Positions 26,338 to 35,624 are shown, numbered from the stretch's first letter. The stretch is DNA of 64,000 bases from Terriglobia bacterium (GCA_020073445.1 JAIQFE010000010.1:88740-152739), one strand, 5' to 3'. Program-made: numbers and translations. Notes: generated from the letters alone by a model not told the origin.

Positions 26338-29043
26338 ATGGCCGGACACCACCTACTCCTCCATCTGCCGGAGAACTGGTCCAATGACGAACGCGGTGCT
26401 TTCTTCGAAGACTTTATCGGCGACCTTTTGCGCCCAATGCGTCTTGCTGTGGAGAAGCGGCTGCGCGTCACGGGCATGGAAATCGATTTGTTGGCCCGGG
26501 GGTTAGACCAACCCCGAAAGGTTCTGGTCGAGTGCAAAGCGCAACGCGACGCGCTGCCAGCCGATGTAATATCCAAGCTCCTAGGGAATGTCACAATTCG
26601 TGGGGCAGACAGCGGGTGGCTCTTCTCTGCCAGCGACTTGGGGAAAGATGGCCGAGGTCAGTGGGAGGAGATACAGAGACAGCCGCAGCTAGCTTCGAAA
26701 TTCATGTGGTTTCCGCCCGAACGGATAGTGGCGATACTTCTCGACCAGCGAACAATTGTTGACCCGACAACCGCTCTGCTGAAACTAACGCCGCAAACCG
26801 AAACCTTTGGAGATGCGACTCTGATCTGTGCGCCCAAAGGCAAGTTTTGGCTAATAGAAATACTGCGCGACGGTCTTCCTGCTTCTTATACCGTAGTCAA
26901 TGCCGCGGACGGTGCACCCCTGGACGAGGAACAAGCTCTAGAGGTGGCGGGGTTTTCAGATCGGTTCATCGCACTGACTTTCGAAGACGTGCGTGCTTCA
27001 ACCGTCTCAATCTATCAACCCCCTCCACATTCGCCCATCGCTCGCGTTGTGCCAGGAGACACGTGGGATGACCTTCGCCCAGCCCGTCCGAACGACTTTG
27101 TAGGTAGAGACGATCTCATCAAGGATATTTTTCAATTCCTTGAGCAGGTGCGAATGGGCAATACGGCAACCAGGACCTTCGCCGTTCAAGGACCTAGTGG
27201 CTGGGGCAAGAGTTCCCTCGTGATCAAACTTGTTGACCTCGTCAGTAAGGGTCGGCGAATAACGAACTGCTCGTTGACGGCAGTCGACAGCCGTTCTGCT
27301 ACATCCGCAGCGTTCGTAAGTGGAGCTATTCGCCTTGCCTTGAATGACGCAGCGGCTGCGGGGCTACTCAGCAACGCAAATCACGACATTGTTAGCCTGA
27401 CGCATCCGCTTGATTCTCCGGATATCTTGTCCGCAGCAGAGCAATTGAATCAAAACAGCGGTGTGGTGATACTCGTCTTTGATCAATTCGAGGAGCTTTT
27501 CACCAAGGAAGCGCTTTTCGAAACCTTCAACGCCATCAGAGAACTGAGCGTTGATCTAGACAGCAAACAAATTCCGATTGTGCTCGGATTTGCATGGAAA
27601 ACGGATGTATCTTTGCCCCAGCAGCATCCGGCGTATCATTTATGGCACTCACTCGCCGATAGGCGAAAGGATTTCAGAGTCCGACAGTTTGGCGCACCAG
27701 ACATTGGCAAAGTTATCACGCACGCCCAACGCCAAATTGGCCTCTCTTTGGTCCCGGCCTTGAGAACAAGATTGATAGAACAATGCCAAGGGTATCCTTG
27801 GTTGCTCAAGAAACTGCTCGTGCATGTAGCCAAGCGCTTAGAGGAGGCTGCTTCTCAGTACGAACTCCTTGAACGAGAATTGGATGTTCAAGCATTGTTT
27901 GAAGAAGACTTAGCTGGGCTCGCATCCGACCAAGTACGCTGTCTCAAATATGTCGCCGAGCGAGCTCCAGCGTATGTCTCAGAGGTTGAAGAGCATTTTA
28001 GCTCGGAAATCGCGAATTTCTTGCTGTCGAAGAGGCTGTTGGTCCGAAGCGGATTGAACTACGTAATTTATTGGGACATCTTCCGTGACTATCTGGTCGA
28101 GGGCCGTGCCCCTCAAATACCTTGGACACGAACGTTCCAGCGCGATCCCAACTCAGCAGTTCAAGCGGTAAGGTGTGTTTCACAAGAGCAACCGATTTCG
28201 GTAAAGCGCATCTCCGAACTGCTCGGCGGGTCCGAGAGAGGTTGGGTTAACGTGATGAGCGATCTTGTAGCCCTCCAGCTTGTAGACAGGATCGCAGAAG
28301 ACAGTTATCGTCTTGCCCCGCACGTCAAGTCCATATCCCCTGTTGACCTAGCTGTCCACATCCATGGACAGCTCTCACGCCACGTCGTATGTCGAGAACT
28401 GACAGCGATAGAGAGAGATGCTATCGTTTCTAACGACATGCTGGACCGTCTAGTAGAGAAAACAAGGCCAGCGAGCACTCCCTCTCCCGTCGTAATCCAT
28501 CAGTACGCGATGAATCTGAAGAAGTGGTTATTGTTTTCCGGACATCTAGAAGAGCGCGGAAGTTTTCTCTACCGGCCAGCCGGTAAGGGTTCACAAATGG
28601 GCCTGCTGAAAGCCCGCAAGAATCGAGGGAAGAAGTTCTTAGGGAGTGGAACACCGGATGCGCTCATGAAACTTGTCGCCCTCCTTGCAGGAGGGGGTAG
28701 CGATGGCGTCCCCGAAGCACAACTGATGAAAATGGGCCTAAGAAATGCAGTTTATGACGCGGTCGCGTTGCAACTCGTCGATCGAACTGAAGATCGAGCG
28801 GTGCGGTTGGCTCGCTCTCTGCGCGACACGCGCGATTTTGATCAGATCGTTCGCCGTGAGATCATCAAACAGCCAAGCACTGCTATCGTTGCGGCCGCAC
28901 TACGTGACTCACCCGACATCTCGAATTTGGCGCTGGGAGATAAGTTGAGAACTGGGCTTCAACAAGATTGGAGACCAACGTCGGGGCTTCGATACGCGAA
29001 TGGTGTGAGACGGTATTTTGAATGGGCTTCGCGGCCAACATAA
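26338..29043 (+). CDS. Fusion protein: Mrr-type PD-(D/E)xK nuclease domain, NB-ARC/STAND-like P-loop NTPase, and tandem winged-helix modules. Candidate single-gene antiphage/defence NTPase; not assignable to a named system.
   Basis: 901 aa. PD-(D/E)xK residues: FEDF (aa 23-26), GMEIDLL (D50), KVLVECK (E65, K67). NB-ARC-like entry FVGRDDLIKDIFQFL, then Walker A QGPSGWGKSSL (nt 27190-27216). Walker B VVILVFDQFEE (nt 27463-27495). GxP-like CQGYPWLL (nt 27784-27807). The C-terminus has repeated wH-like modules ending DLVALQLVDR (nt 28261) and DAVALQLVDR (nt 28756). Hand-counted 60-nt lines inside the gene give 45-50% GC against 63-67% in the flanks. Confidence 0.75.
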   Translation: MAGHHLLLHLPENWSNDERGAFFEDFIGDLLRPMRLAVEKRLRVTGMEIDLLARGLDQPRKVLVECKAQRDALPADVISKLLGNVTIRGADSGWLFSASDLGKDGRGQWEEIQRQPQLASKFMWFPPERIVAILLDQRTIVDPTTALLKLTPQTETFGDATLICAPKGKFWLIEILRDGLPASYTVVNAADGAPLDEEQALEVAGFSDRFIALTFEDVRASTVSIYQPPPHSPIARVVPGDTWDDLRPARPNDFVGRDDLIKDIFQFLEQVRMGNTATRTFAVQGPSGWGKSSLVIKLVDLVSKGRRITNCSLTAVDSRSATSAAFVSGAIRLALNDAAAAGLLSNANHDIVSLTHPLDSPDILSAAEQLNQNSGVVILVFDQFEELFTKEALFETFNAIRELSVDLDSKQIPIVLGFAWKTDVSLPQQHPAYHLWHSLADRRKDFRVRQFGAPDIGKVITHAQRQIGLSLVPALRTRLIEQCQGYPWLLKKLLVHVAKRLEEAASQYELLERELDVQALFEEDLAGLASDQVRCLKYVAERAPAYVSEVEEHFSSEIANFLLSKRLLVRSGLNYVIYWDIFRDYLVEGRAPQIPWTRTFQRDPNSAVQAVRCVSQEQPISVKRISELLGGSERGWVNVMSDLVALQLVDRIAEDSYRLAPHVKSISPVDLAVHIHGQLSRHVVCRELTAIERDAIVSNDMLDRLVEKTRPASTPSPVVIHQYAMNLKKWLLFSGHLEERGSFLYRPAGKGSQMGLLKARKNRGKKFLGSGTPDALMKLVALLAGGGSDGVPEAQLMKMGLRNAVYDAVALQLVDRTEDRAVRLARSLRDTRDFDQIVRREIIKQPSTAIVAAALRDSPDISNLALGDKLRTGLQQDWRPTSGLRYANGVRRYFEWASRPT

Positions 29044-29232
29044 AGTGGTTCTTGCCCGTGATCATCCCCAAAGTTCGGCTTCTGGGAACTTGGGGTTGGC
29101 TCCGTCAGAATGGATGGCGACTCGTACAAACTGAAGCCGAACCTAGCCAGGAAGCGGAGATTCGGGCAGCTGGTCCTAACCGCCTGTTGGTTCGAAGGAC
29201 GCCCGATGCTCAACGGGTTTATGAGGTTGTTT

Positions 29233-29577
29233 CTAGTCCGTCTTGGTCGTGGTGCTGGCGGGCTTCGATTCGGTCTTAGTCTCGGATGACTTCGTCTCGG
29301 AGGACTTCGATTCGGCAGGTTTGGATTCGGTGGACTTTGACTCGGCCTTTGTGTCTGCGTCTTTTTTATCCGAGTCTTTCTTCTGAGAAGAAGATCCGCT
29401 CTTAGCGTAGTCGGTAGCGTACCAACCGGTGCCCTTGAGGCTGAATCCGGACAAGGATATCAACCGTTCCACCGTTCCTCCGCAGGCTTCGTGAACGGTC
29501 AGCGGGGCGTCGGCGAACTTCTGGATCACTTCAAACTTTTCGCCACACTTCGAGCATAGGTATTCGTACAACGGCAT
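29233..29577 (-). CDS. FmdB-family zinc-ribbon regulatory protein with a repetitive S/K/E/T-rich C-terminal tail.
   Basis: 114 aa. MPLYEYLCSKCGEKFEV...HEACGG is the FmdB CxxC...C motif. The tail is ..KKDSDKKDADTKAESKSTESKPAESKSSETKSSETKTESK.. Confidence 0.75.
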   Translation of the reverse strand: MPLYEYLCSKCGEKFEVIQKFADAPLTVHEACGGTVERLISLSGFSLKGTGWYATDYAKSGSSSQKKDSDKKDADTKAESKSTESKPAESKSSETKSSETKTESKPASTTTKTD

Positions 29578-29592
29578 AAACTTTGCGGCGTC

Positions 29593-30819
29593 CTAAGGAA
29601 CGATCGATTTCAGCGACTCGTAACCGTGCTTCAGGATCTCGTCCTCGCCGGGTTTCGCCGGCTGAGCGGGCGTTATCGGCTGAACGTTCGGCGAATCGTC
29701 ATCGGGTTCGACAATAGCCGTGGTTTCCGCTTGCAGCACGTTGGGAGTGACGTGCACGTCCTGGATGGCTTTCCCGCTGGGGGTATAGTATTTGGCGACC
29801 GAAAGGATCACCGCGCTGCCGTCGTCCATGGTGATGGCCTTGCGAATGGCGGCGTCTCCGTAGGTCGGTTCGCCGACCACCGTGGCGCGTTTGGAGTCAA
29901 GCAAAGCACCCGCGGCGATCTCCGCCGCTCCCGCCGTCCCGCGATTCACCAGCACCACCAGAGGCAGTTTGGTGATCGCCTTGGACGCAGTAGCCGGATG
30001 ATCCTGGCGCGGGGATTTCTGTCCCTGCGTGTAGGTGATCAGACCCTTGTCCATGAACAGATTTGCTACCGCGATGCCTTCTTCGTCCGGTCCAAGTGCG
30101 CAATAACGGAGGTCCAGCATCAGGCGTTTGGCGCCCTGCTTTTCGAGGTCGGTGATCTTCGTGGCGATGTCCTTGGCGCGGCCCGCTTGCAGGGTCGAGG
30201 TGGTGATCAGGCCGATGGCATCGGGGCCCTGATCGGTGACCAGCTTCCCGCTGACCGCCGGATACACCAGCGGAGCGCGCACCAGAGTCATCTTCTGCGG
30301 ATCGGCTTGCTTCGGCGTGAGCACGCTCATCTCAATCGAGGAGCCGGGCTCGCCTTGCAGCAAAATCTCGGCGAATGCCAAAGGCATGTCGCGCGTGGCG
30401 ATATTGTTGATGGATTCGATAACGTCGTTGGTCGAAAGGCCGGCTTTCGCGGCGGCCGATCCAGGCAGGGCGTCGACGACGGTCAGATAGCCCAAGCGCC
30501 GCGCCAGGGTCAAGCCGACGTCGGCCTTCCCGGTGCCTTTTTCCTTCTGATACTGCTTATATTGGTCCGCGTTGAGGTAGCTGGCGAAAGGATCCAGCGC
30601 TTCGAGCATGCCGTTGATCGCCCCGGCCGTCACGGCCTTCATGTCGGGTTCCTCGACGTAGTCCTGCTTGATGTGCGACAGAACGTCGGTGTAGACACCT
30701 AACTGCGTGTAAGGCTGATCTCCGGTACCAGCGCCCCGGCCTCGTACGGCCCCGAACAGCAACAACACGACCAAGCAGGTGGAGGATGCAACGACGGCGA
30801 ACTTAAAACGACCATTCAT
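29593..30819 (-). CDS. S41-family carboxyl-terminal processing protease.
   Basis: 408 aa. N-terminal TM/signal. PDZ-like segment, then the S41 catalytic region (..LVVLVNRGTAGAAEIAAGALLD.., ..GEPTYGDAAIRK..). Confidence 0.8.
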   Translation of the reverse strand: MNGRFKFAVVASSTCLVVLLLFGAVRGRGAGTGDQPYTQLGVYTDVLSHIKQDYVEEPDMKAVTAGAINGMLEALDPFASYLNADQYKQYQKEKGTGKADVGLTLARRLGYLTVVDALPGSAAAKAGLSTNDVIESINNIATRDMPLAFAEILLQGEPGSSIEMSVLTPKQADPQKMTLVRAPLVYPAVSGKLVTDQGPDAIGLITTSTLQAGRAKDIATKITDLEKQGAKRLMLDLRYCALGPDEEGIAVANLFMDKGLITYTQGQKSPRQDHPATASKAITKLPLVVLVNRGTAGAAEIAAGALLDSKRATVVGEPTYGDAAIRKAITMDDGSAVILSVAKYYTPSGKAIQDVHVTPNVLQAETTAIVEPDDDSPNVQPITPAQPAKPGEDEILKHGYESLKSIVP

Positions 30820-31010
30820 GGCGAAAGGCCCTCTCAGTCTTGAGCATAGCAGGTCGGAATTAGGGATAGGCAGGACCCAGAGTACTAGGGAGTACCGGAC
30901 CCCACAAATGCAACTGGCTCTGTAGGTTAACCGAATAGGGTCCGATTTCCGAATCCCCCGGGTGCGCCCCTCATCTATTCACATGGTTCAAGAAAGGAGG
31001 CTAGAGCCGG

Positions 31011-32990
31011 GTGGCTCTACCATTTATGACTATCGGGTTCTTCAGCGCGCTTCTGGTCGCGGCAGCGATGGGCGGCGTTTTGCTGATCCTGCTGTCGTCT
31101 TTTTATAGCGTCGGTCCCACAGAGGTGGGACTGGTTCGCAAACGTTTTGGGGCAAAACTTCCGGGCGACAGTCCCGTGGCAACGAAAGGCGAGGCCGGAT
31201 ATCAGGCGGACATGCTGATGCCTGGTCTTCGCTTCAAGCTAAGCCTGGTATACGCGGTGACCAAACACCCCTGGGTGCAAGTACCGGCGGGGCAGATCGG
31301 CGTCGTGATTTCGCAGGTGGGCGAAGCCTTGCCCATCGGGGCGAAGTCGGCCGTGTATAAACCGGAGTTCGGGAACTTCGCCGACGTTCGGACGTTTATG
31401 GCGAAAGGCGGACAGAAAGGTGTCCAGAGGCCGGTGCTTTCGCCGGGCACTCTGGCGCCGATTCATCCGGTGGCCTTCCTGGTGATCACGCGAGCGGAAG
31501 TGTTCGGTGTGTCTATCTCCGCGGATCTGCGCGCGCTGGCCAGATCGAAAGGCCGGCTCACGTTCGAGGCGTTCGGGCTTAGTCCGAACCAGCTCGAAGT
31601 AACGCGGATCTCTCCGCGGCCGACGGAAGGCGGCAAAGTGGTCGACATGGTTGGGATCGTGACGACGCTCGAAGGACAGCCGCTGCCGGCGGGCGATATC
31701 GCCAGCCGCTTGGGCGGATTCGATGACATTGCTAAGCTCGAAACCGCTGGTGAAGAGGGCAGTACGGACGCCCGCCTTATCGAGACGATTCTGGGCAGCC
31801 AGAACAATCGTCACAACGCCTACCAGGATTTTCAGAAGTTCCTGGACCTGGGCGGACGGATCGGATTGCAGCACGATCCGCTGCTGTATGGCGCATACAA
31901 CCTGAATCCGTTCCTGGTGCGCGTGGAAGAAGTGCCCATGCTGGTGATCGAACAGGGCCAGGTCGCCGTGGTCAAGGCGTACGTTGGTCTGCCGACGCAA
32001 GACACTTCGGGTGCCGAGTTCAAATTCGGAAGCCTGGTGCGTCCGGGACATCGGGGCATCTGGCAAGACCCGCTGCGTACCGGCAAGTACCCCATTAATC
32101 CGCGCTGCTACCAGGCGGTAATCGTGCCGACGTTCATCATCACGCTGAACTGGGCCGACGCGGTATCGCAGGCTCACAACCTGGACGCGCAGCTCAGCCA
32201 GATCGAAGCCAAGAGCAGTGAGGGCTTCCAGTTCGCCATCGACCTGCAGGTCCAGATTCACATTCCGGACACGCAGGCGCCGTACGTAATTTCGATGGTG
32301 GGCAGCGTTCCGAACCTGGTGAATGAAGTCCTGCAGGCGGCGGTAGGCAACCATTTCCGCAATAAGCTGCAGAGCATGCCGGCGGTGAAGTTCATCGGCA
32401 GCCGCGAAGAGGTCCAGCAAGGTGCGTTCGACTACGTGAAGACCGAGCTGGCCAAATATCGGGTGGAGACGCGCGGCGTGTACATTCAGGCCGTGGTGCT
32501 GCCGCAGCAACTGGTGCAGGTCCTGACGCAGCGGGAAATCGCCAATCAGGAGATCGCCACGTATCAGATGCAGAAGGCCGCGCAGGACCAGCGCATCGAG
32601 ACCGAGAAGGCCAAAGGCACTGCCGACATGCAGGCCGATCTGGCCAAGTCGCAGGTGGGCGTGACCATTCAGACCAACCGGACGGCTTCGCGCAAGATGG
32701 AAGCCGAAGGTGAGGCGACCTACATCGAGCAGACCGGCACGGCGCAAGGCGCGCAGGTACGATCGGTCGGTTTGGCTCGCGCGGAAGCCTATGAGCGTCA
32801 GGTGAAGGCTCTGGGCGAAAGCGCCACGGCGTTCGTCAACTCCGTGGAGGCGTTGTCGAAGAGCAATGTACCCTTCGTGCCCAGCACGCTGGTGATGGGA
32901 TCGAACGAGGGCGGCGCTCTGGAGGGCCTGATGGCGCTGATGATGCGCCAGATGGGGGCGGCTGGGCAGAAACCGCCGCTCGCTTCTTAA
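31011..32990 (+). CDS. SPFH/band-7 flotillin-like membrane protein (YqiK type).
   Basis: 659 aa. GTG start 10 nt after AAAGGAGG. N-terminal TM (FFSALLVAAAMGGVLLILL), an SPFH domain, and a long coiled-coil Q/A/E-rich region (..EIATYQMQKAAQDQRIETEKAKGTADMQADLAKSQ..). Confidence 0.75.
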   Translation: MALPFMTIGFFSALLVAAAMGGVLLILLSSFYSVGPTEVGLVRKRFGAKLPGDSPVATKGEAGYQADMLMPGLRFKLSLVYAVTKHPWVQVPAGQIGVVISQVGEALPIGAKSAVYKPEFGNFADVRTFMAKGGQKGVQRPVLSPGTLAPIHPVAFLVITRAEVFGVSISADLRALARSKGRLTFEAFGLSPNQLEVTRISPRPTEGGKVVDMVGIVTTLEGQPLPAGDIASRLGGFDDIAKLETAGEEGSTDARLIETILGSQNNRHNAYQDFQKFLDLGGRIGLQHDPLLYGAYNLNPFLVRVEEVPMLVIEQGQVAVVKAYVGLPTQDTSGAEFKFGSLVRPGHRGIWQDPLRTGKYPINPRCYQAVIVPTFIITLNWADAVSQAHNLDAQLSQIEAKSSEGFQFAIDLQVQIHIPDTQAPYVISMVGSVPNLVNEVLQAAVGNHFRNKLQSMPAVKFIGSREEVQQGAFDYVKTELAKYRVETRGVYIQAVVLPQQLVQVLTQREIANQEIATYQMQKAAQDQRIETEKAKGTADMQADLAKSQVGVTIQTNRTASRKMEAEGEATYIEQTGTAQGAQVRSVGLARAEAYERQVKALGESATAFVNSVEALSKSNVPFVPSTLVMGSNEGGALEGLMALMMRQMGAAGQKPPLAS

Positions 32991-33004
32991 GAAGTCGCAG
33001 TTCT

Positions 33005-33649
33005 TCAGTCCTGGCGGGGCGGGCGATTCGCGTCGCTCGCCCGGCGTCTTCCCAACACCAGCGACAAAAGCCCCAGTCCGGTTGAAATCATCACAGCCGG
33101 TTCAGGAACTGGTATGAAATTGTACTGGAAGAACGATGGGTCATAGTAGAAGTAACCTGGGTCGGGATCGTAGAATTGCTGCAAACCCACGTGCACTGTC
33201 CCGCCGCCGATTAGCGGGATAGTGATCCCCGATGTTGTGAAGCTCCCCGAGGCGGAGAAGCGTCCGCTGGCACCGCTCGGACCGTTACTCGGACCCAGCG
33301 CGGCATTGAGATACGACGTCACGTCCAGGTTGACAGCGCCGAATGTCGGATCGCAGACCGGGCAAGTCGGTGATAACACGACGCTCGCCGACACGTGATC
33401 CGTGAACGTTGTCACCCCATAATAAGGGGGGAACGAATCCGTCATATTCACAGAGAAAAGGCTGAAGTCCACACCTCCGGTCGAAAAGTGGAGCGTTAAA
33501 TCGTCCGTCTCGCCCAGAAAATTGTGGTTGAGGACCGAATAACTGCGGGAGATGGAGCCGCCTGTAATCTCTGTCACGGGTTCCGCCCGGAGCGCCAAAA
33601 CACCAAACGCGCCCAACCCGAGAGCCATAAGGCACGGTTTCATTGACAT
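33005..33649 (-). CDS. PEP-CTERM sorting-domain protein (exosortase substrate).
   Basis: 214 aa. Signal peptide. C-terminal VPEP-AVMISTGLGLLSLVLG-RRR matches the PEP motif + TM + basic cluster. Confidence 0.75.
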   Translation of the reverse strand: MSMKPCLMALGLGAFGVLALRAEPVTEITGGSISRSYSVLNHNFLGETDDLTLHFSTGGVDFSLFSVNMTDSFPPYYGVTTFTDHVSASVVLSPTCPVCDPTFGAVNLDVTSYLNAALGPSNGPSGASGRFSASGSFTTSGITIPLIGGGTVHVGLQQFYDPDPGYFYYDPSFFQYNFIPVPEPAVMISTGLGLLSLVLGRRRASDANRPPRQD

Positions 33650-33713
33650 AAGTCCTCCTATGGTGACCAGGAACGCGAAGATGGGAGCAATTCGCGCTCC
33701 AAAGGTTTAGGGG

Positions 33714-33743
33714 TTGTCAACCCAAGTCCACCTGCGATATCCT
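33714..33743 (+). promoter_or_regulatory. Possible sigma-70-type promoter of rpsT.
   Basis: TTGTCA (33714..33719), then 18 nt, then TATCCT (33738..33743), about 10 nt upstream of the rpsT ATG. Sequence-only guess. Confidence 0.25.
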
Positions 33744-33752
33744 ATAGATTCC

Positions 33753-34022
33753 ATGGCAAACACAGTTTCCGCGCTGAAGCGCGTCCGAATGACCGAACGC
33801 CGGACGGGCGTCAACCGGACCCGCAAGACTCGTCTCCGTCACCAGATCCGCGCAATGCGCCGGCTTCTGGAGTCGAAGGACGCCAAGGGTGCGACCGAAC
33901 TCATCCCGAAGACTTTCTCGGTGATCGATCGCGCCGCCAAGTGGGGCATCATCAAGAAGAACACGGCTGCCCGTTATAAGAGCCGTCTGTCGATCCGGAT
34001 TCGCAAGATCGCAAGCGCGTAA
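33753..34022 (+). CDS. rpsT: 30S ribosomal protein S20.
   Basis: Start at the internal ATG of track ORF 33714..34022: [40 protein letters not shown]... (89 aa). Basic, alpha-helical S20 pattern. Confidence 0.85.
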   Translation: MANTVSALKRVRMTERRTGVNRTRKTRLRHQIRAMRRLLESKDAKGATELIPKTFSVIDRAAKWGIIKKNTAARYKSRLSIRIRKIASA

Positions 34023-34028
34023 CGCGCC

Positions 34029-35102
34029 TTAGCGCGCCGTTAACGCGAACACCATCTCTTCCATCAAAATGCGGTCGTCGGGACGAGCGTCCCGAAGTCC
34101 GCGATCTGTTTCGAACACCTTCTCTACAGCCAGTGCCAGGTGTTCTTTCGAGAATGCTTCCATAGTCTGCTCGATCTGCCGAGCCCGTTCGGGCCACATG
34201 CGCGCGCCCAGTTTATTGAAGTGCGCCTGAATCTGGCTGGCGCCTCGCAGTCCTGCCTCACGAGCCGCAAGCGCGGTCCGAAACTGCGTAGCGAGGAAGG
34301 TCAGAGCAAGAGGCATATATTCGCCTGACCGTGAGAGCGTGTCCAGGATATCGAGAGCCCTGGCACGGTCACCCCGGCCCAGTGCGGCCACGAGGACGAA
34401 GATGGTGCTCGACTGTGCGTCGGGGACCAGCGCGGCGATATCGCCGGCAGTGATCTTGCGCGCAGTTCCGGCGAACAGCCGCAGCTTCTCGATTTCCATG
34501 GCAATGCGCGAGGCGTCGCCGCCGGTGGCTTCGAGCAGCAACGCCAATTCCGCAAGACCCAGTTGGATCCCGGCTTCCTTGGCTAACTTCTGGGCCAGGA
34601 AACGCGCGGCTTCCGGCGCATAGGGACGGAACTCGACCTTGGCCGGCACCGCCGCGAAGAATGTTTCCACCCGCTCCATTCGAGGCTTATCTTCGCCTTC
34701 AAACTCGTAACGTGAGCAGTCGATCACCAGGGTCACGTCCGGCGTGGGCTCTTTCAGGTAAGCGGCGAGACTGGCTCCGCCGGTCTCGTCCTCGGCTTCG
34801 GCGTCCTCACTGTTCGCGCGGCCTCGGGGCGCACGCGGGACAGCGGCTTCGGCCGCGGCGAGCCAGATCAATCGGCGCGAGGCGAACAGTGACAGCGCAC
34901 GTGCATCGTCCAGCGCGGCTGCGAGCGGGGTCCGATCCAGATCGTGGCGCGTAAATCCGTTCTCGCGTTCGTCGGGCGTGAGTACGGCATCGAGCAGCGC
35001 GCGGCGGCAGCGCGTCCGCTCAAACGCTTCGGGGCCCAAAAAAAGATAGGCGGGTTCGGGACCGTTCTTCGCTAGCCTTGCTAGAAACTGATCGGGCGTC
35101 AT
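34029..35102 (-). CDS. holA: DNA polymerase III subunit delta.
   Basis: 357 aa. ..PAYLFLGPEAFER.. N-terminus and ..GGDASRIAMEIEKLRLFAG.., typical of HolA. Conserved lptE-holA adjacency. Confidence 0.75.
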   Translation of the reverse strand: MTPDQFLARLAKNGPEPAYLFLGPEAFERTRCRRALLDAVLTPDERENGFTRHDLDRTPLAAALDDARALSLFASRRLIWLAAAEAAVPRAPRGRANSEDAEAEDETGGASLAAYLKEPTPDVTLVIDCSRYEFEGEDKPRMERVETFFAAVPAKVEFRPYAPEAARFLAQKLAKEAGIQLGLAELALLLEATGGDASRIAMEIEKLRLFAGTARKITAGDIAALVPDAQSSTIFVLVAALGRGDRARALDILDTLSRSGEYMPLALTFLATQFRTALAAREAGLRGASQIQAHFNKLGARMWPERARQIEQTMEAFSKEHLALAVEKVFETDRGLRDARPDDRILMEEMVFALTAR

Positions 35103-35114
35103 ATCGTCTGAACT

Positions 35115-35624
35115 TCAGAAATTTTCGAGAACGGCGCTGACGATGGAACGGGCCACTTGCTGTCCAGCGCGCTTCAGCGCAGGATCGCTTTCCTCGAAGT
35201 ACTGGGGGGCATCCGGGCTGATCTGGTAAGTCTCGCGCACGTCAAAGTTCTTCCGGTCAAAGAGGACCTTACCGGTGGTTCGCTCCGTCAGCGTGACGGA
35301 GAGCGTCACGCGCAGTTCGGCGTAGGCTGCGCGGCCATTCGCGGGATCGAAGGTGGTCGGATTAAAAGAATAGTTGACCACCGCGCCGCGCAGAACCGCG
35401 TCCGCGGTATTCGTGTCGGGCACGATCCGGTAGCGCGTGCGAGTCAGAAATTCGCGGGAGATCGCCTCCGGCATCTGATCCGAAAGCTTGTAGCGCGTAG
35501 TCAGATTGTTGAAGGCCGGGATCGCGATGGTGTGGACGGTCTTCGGCAGGGTGGTGTCCGTAGCCGCGAACTTGTAGCCGCAGCAGGCCAACGTCAGCGG
35601 AAGCAGCGCCAGCAGGTACCTCAC
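35115..35624 (-). CDS. lptE: LPS-assembly lipoprotein LptE.
   Basis: 169 aa. Lipobox LTLAC-C. LptE-like pattern, positioned immediately upstream of holA as in many Gram-negatives. Confidence 0.65.
   Translation of the reverse strand: MRYLLALLPLTLACCGYKFAATDTTLPKTVHTIAIPAFNNLTTRYKLSDQMPEAISREFLTRTRYRIVPDTNTADAVLRGAVVNYSFNPTTFDPANGRAAYAELRVTLSVTLTERTTGKVLFDRKNFDVRETYQISPDAPQYFEESDPALKRAGQQVARSIVSAVLENF

Noticed and set aside
29022-29279. 85-aa plus-strand ORF overlapping the 3' end of the Mrr-STAND gene and the fmdB 3' end.
   Set aside because: Overlaps two supported genes on both sides. No RBS-like sequence noted. Probably chance, though it lies in the low-GC islet.
30820-31010. tRNA-like or T-loop-like string (ggtccgatttccgaatcccccgg) and the GTACT-AGGG-AGTAC palindrome in the ctp/flotillin divergent region.
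   Set aside because: I could not fold it into a cloverleaf with acceptor, D and anticodon arms. It is most likely promoter-region sequence.
31239-32747. 502-aa minus-strand ORF opposite the flotillin-like gene.
   Set aside because: Antisense. Arg/His/Leu-rich. The plus-strand SPFH/coiled-coil protein is clearly the real gene.
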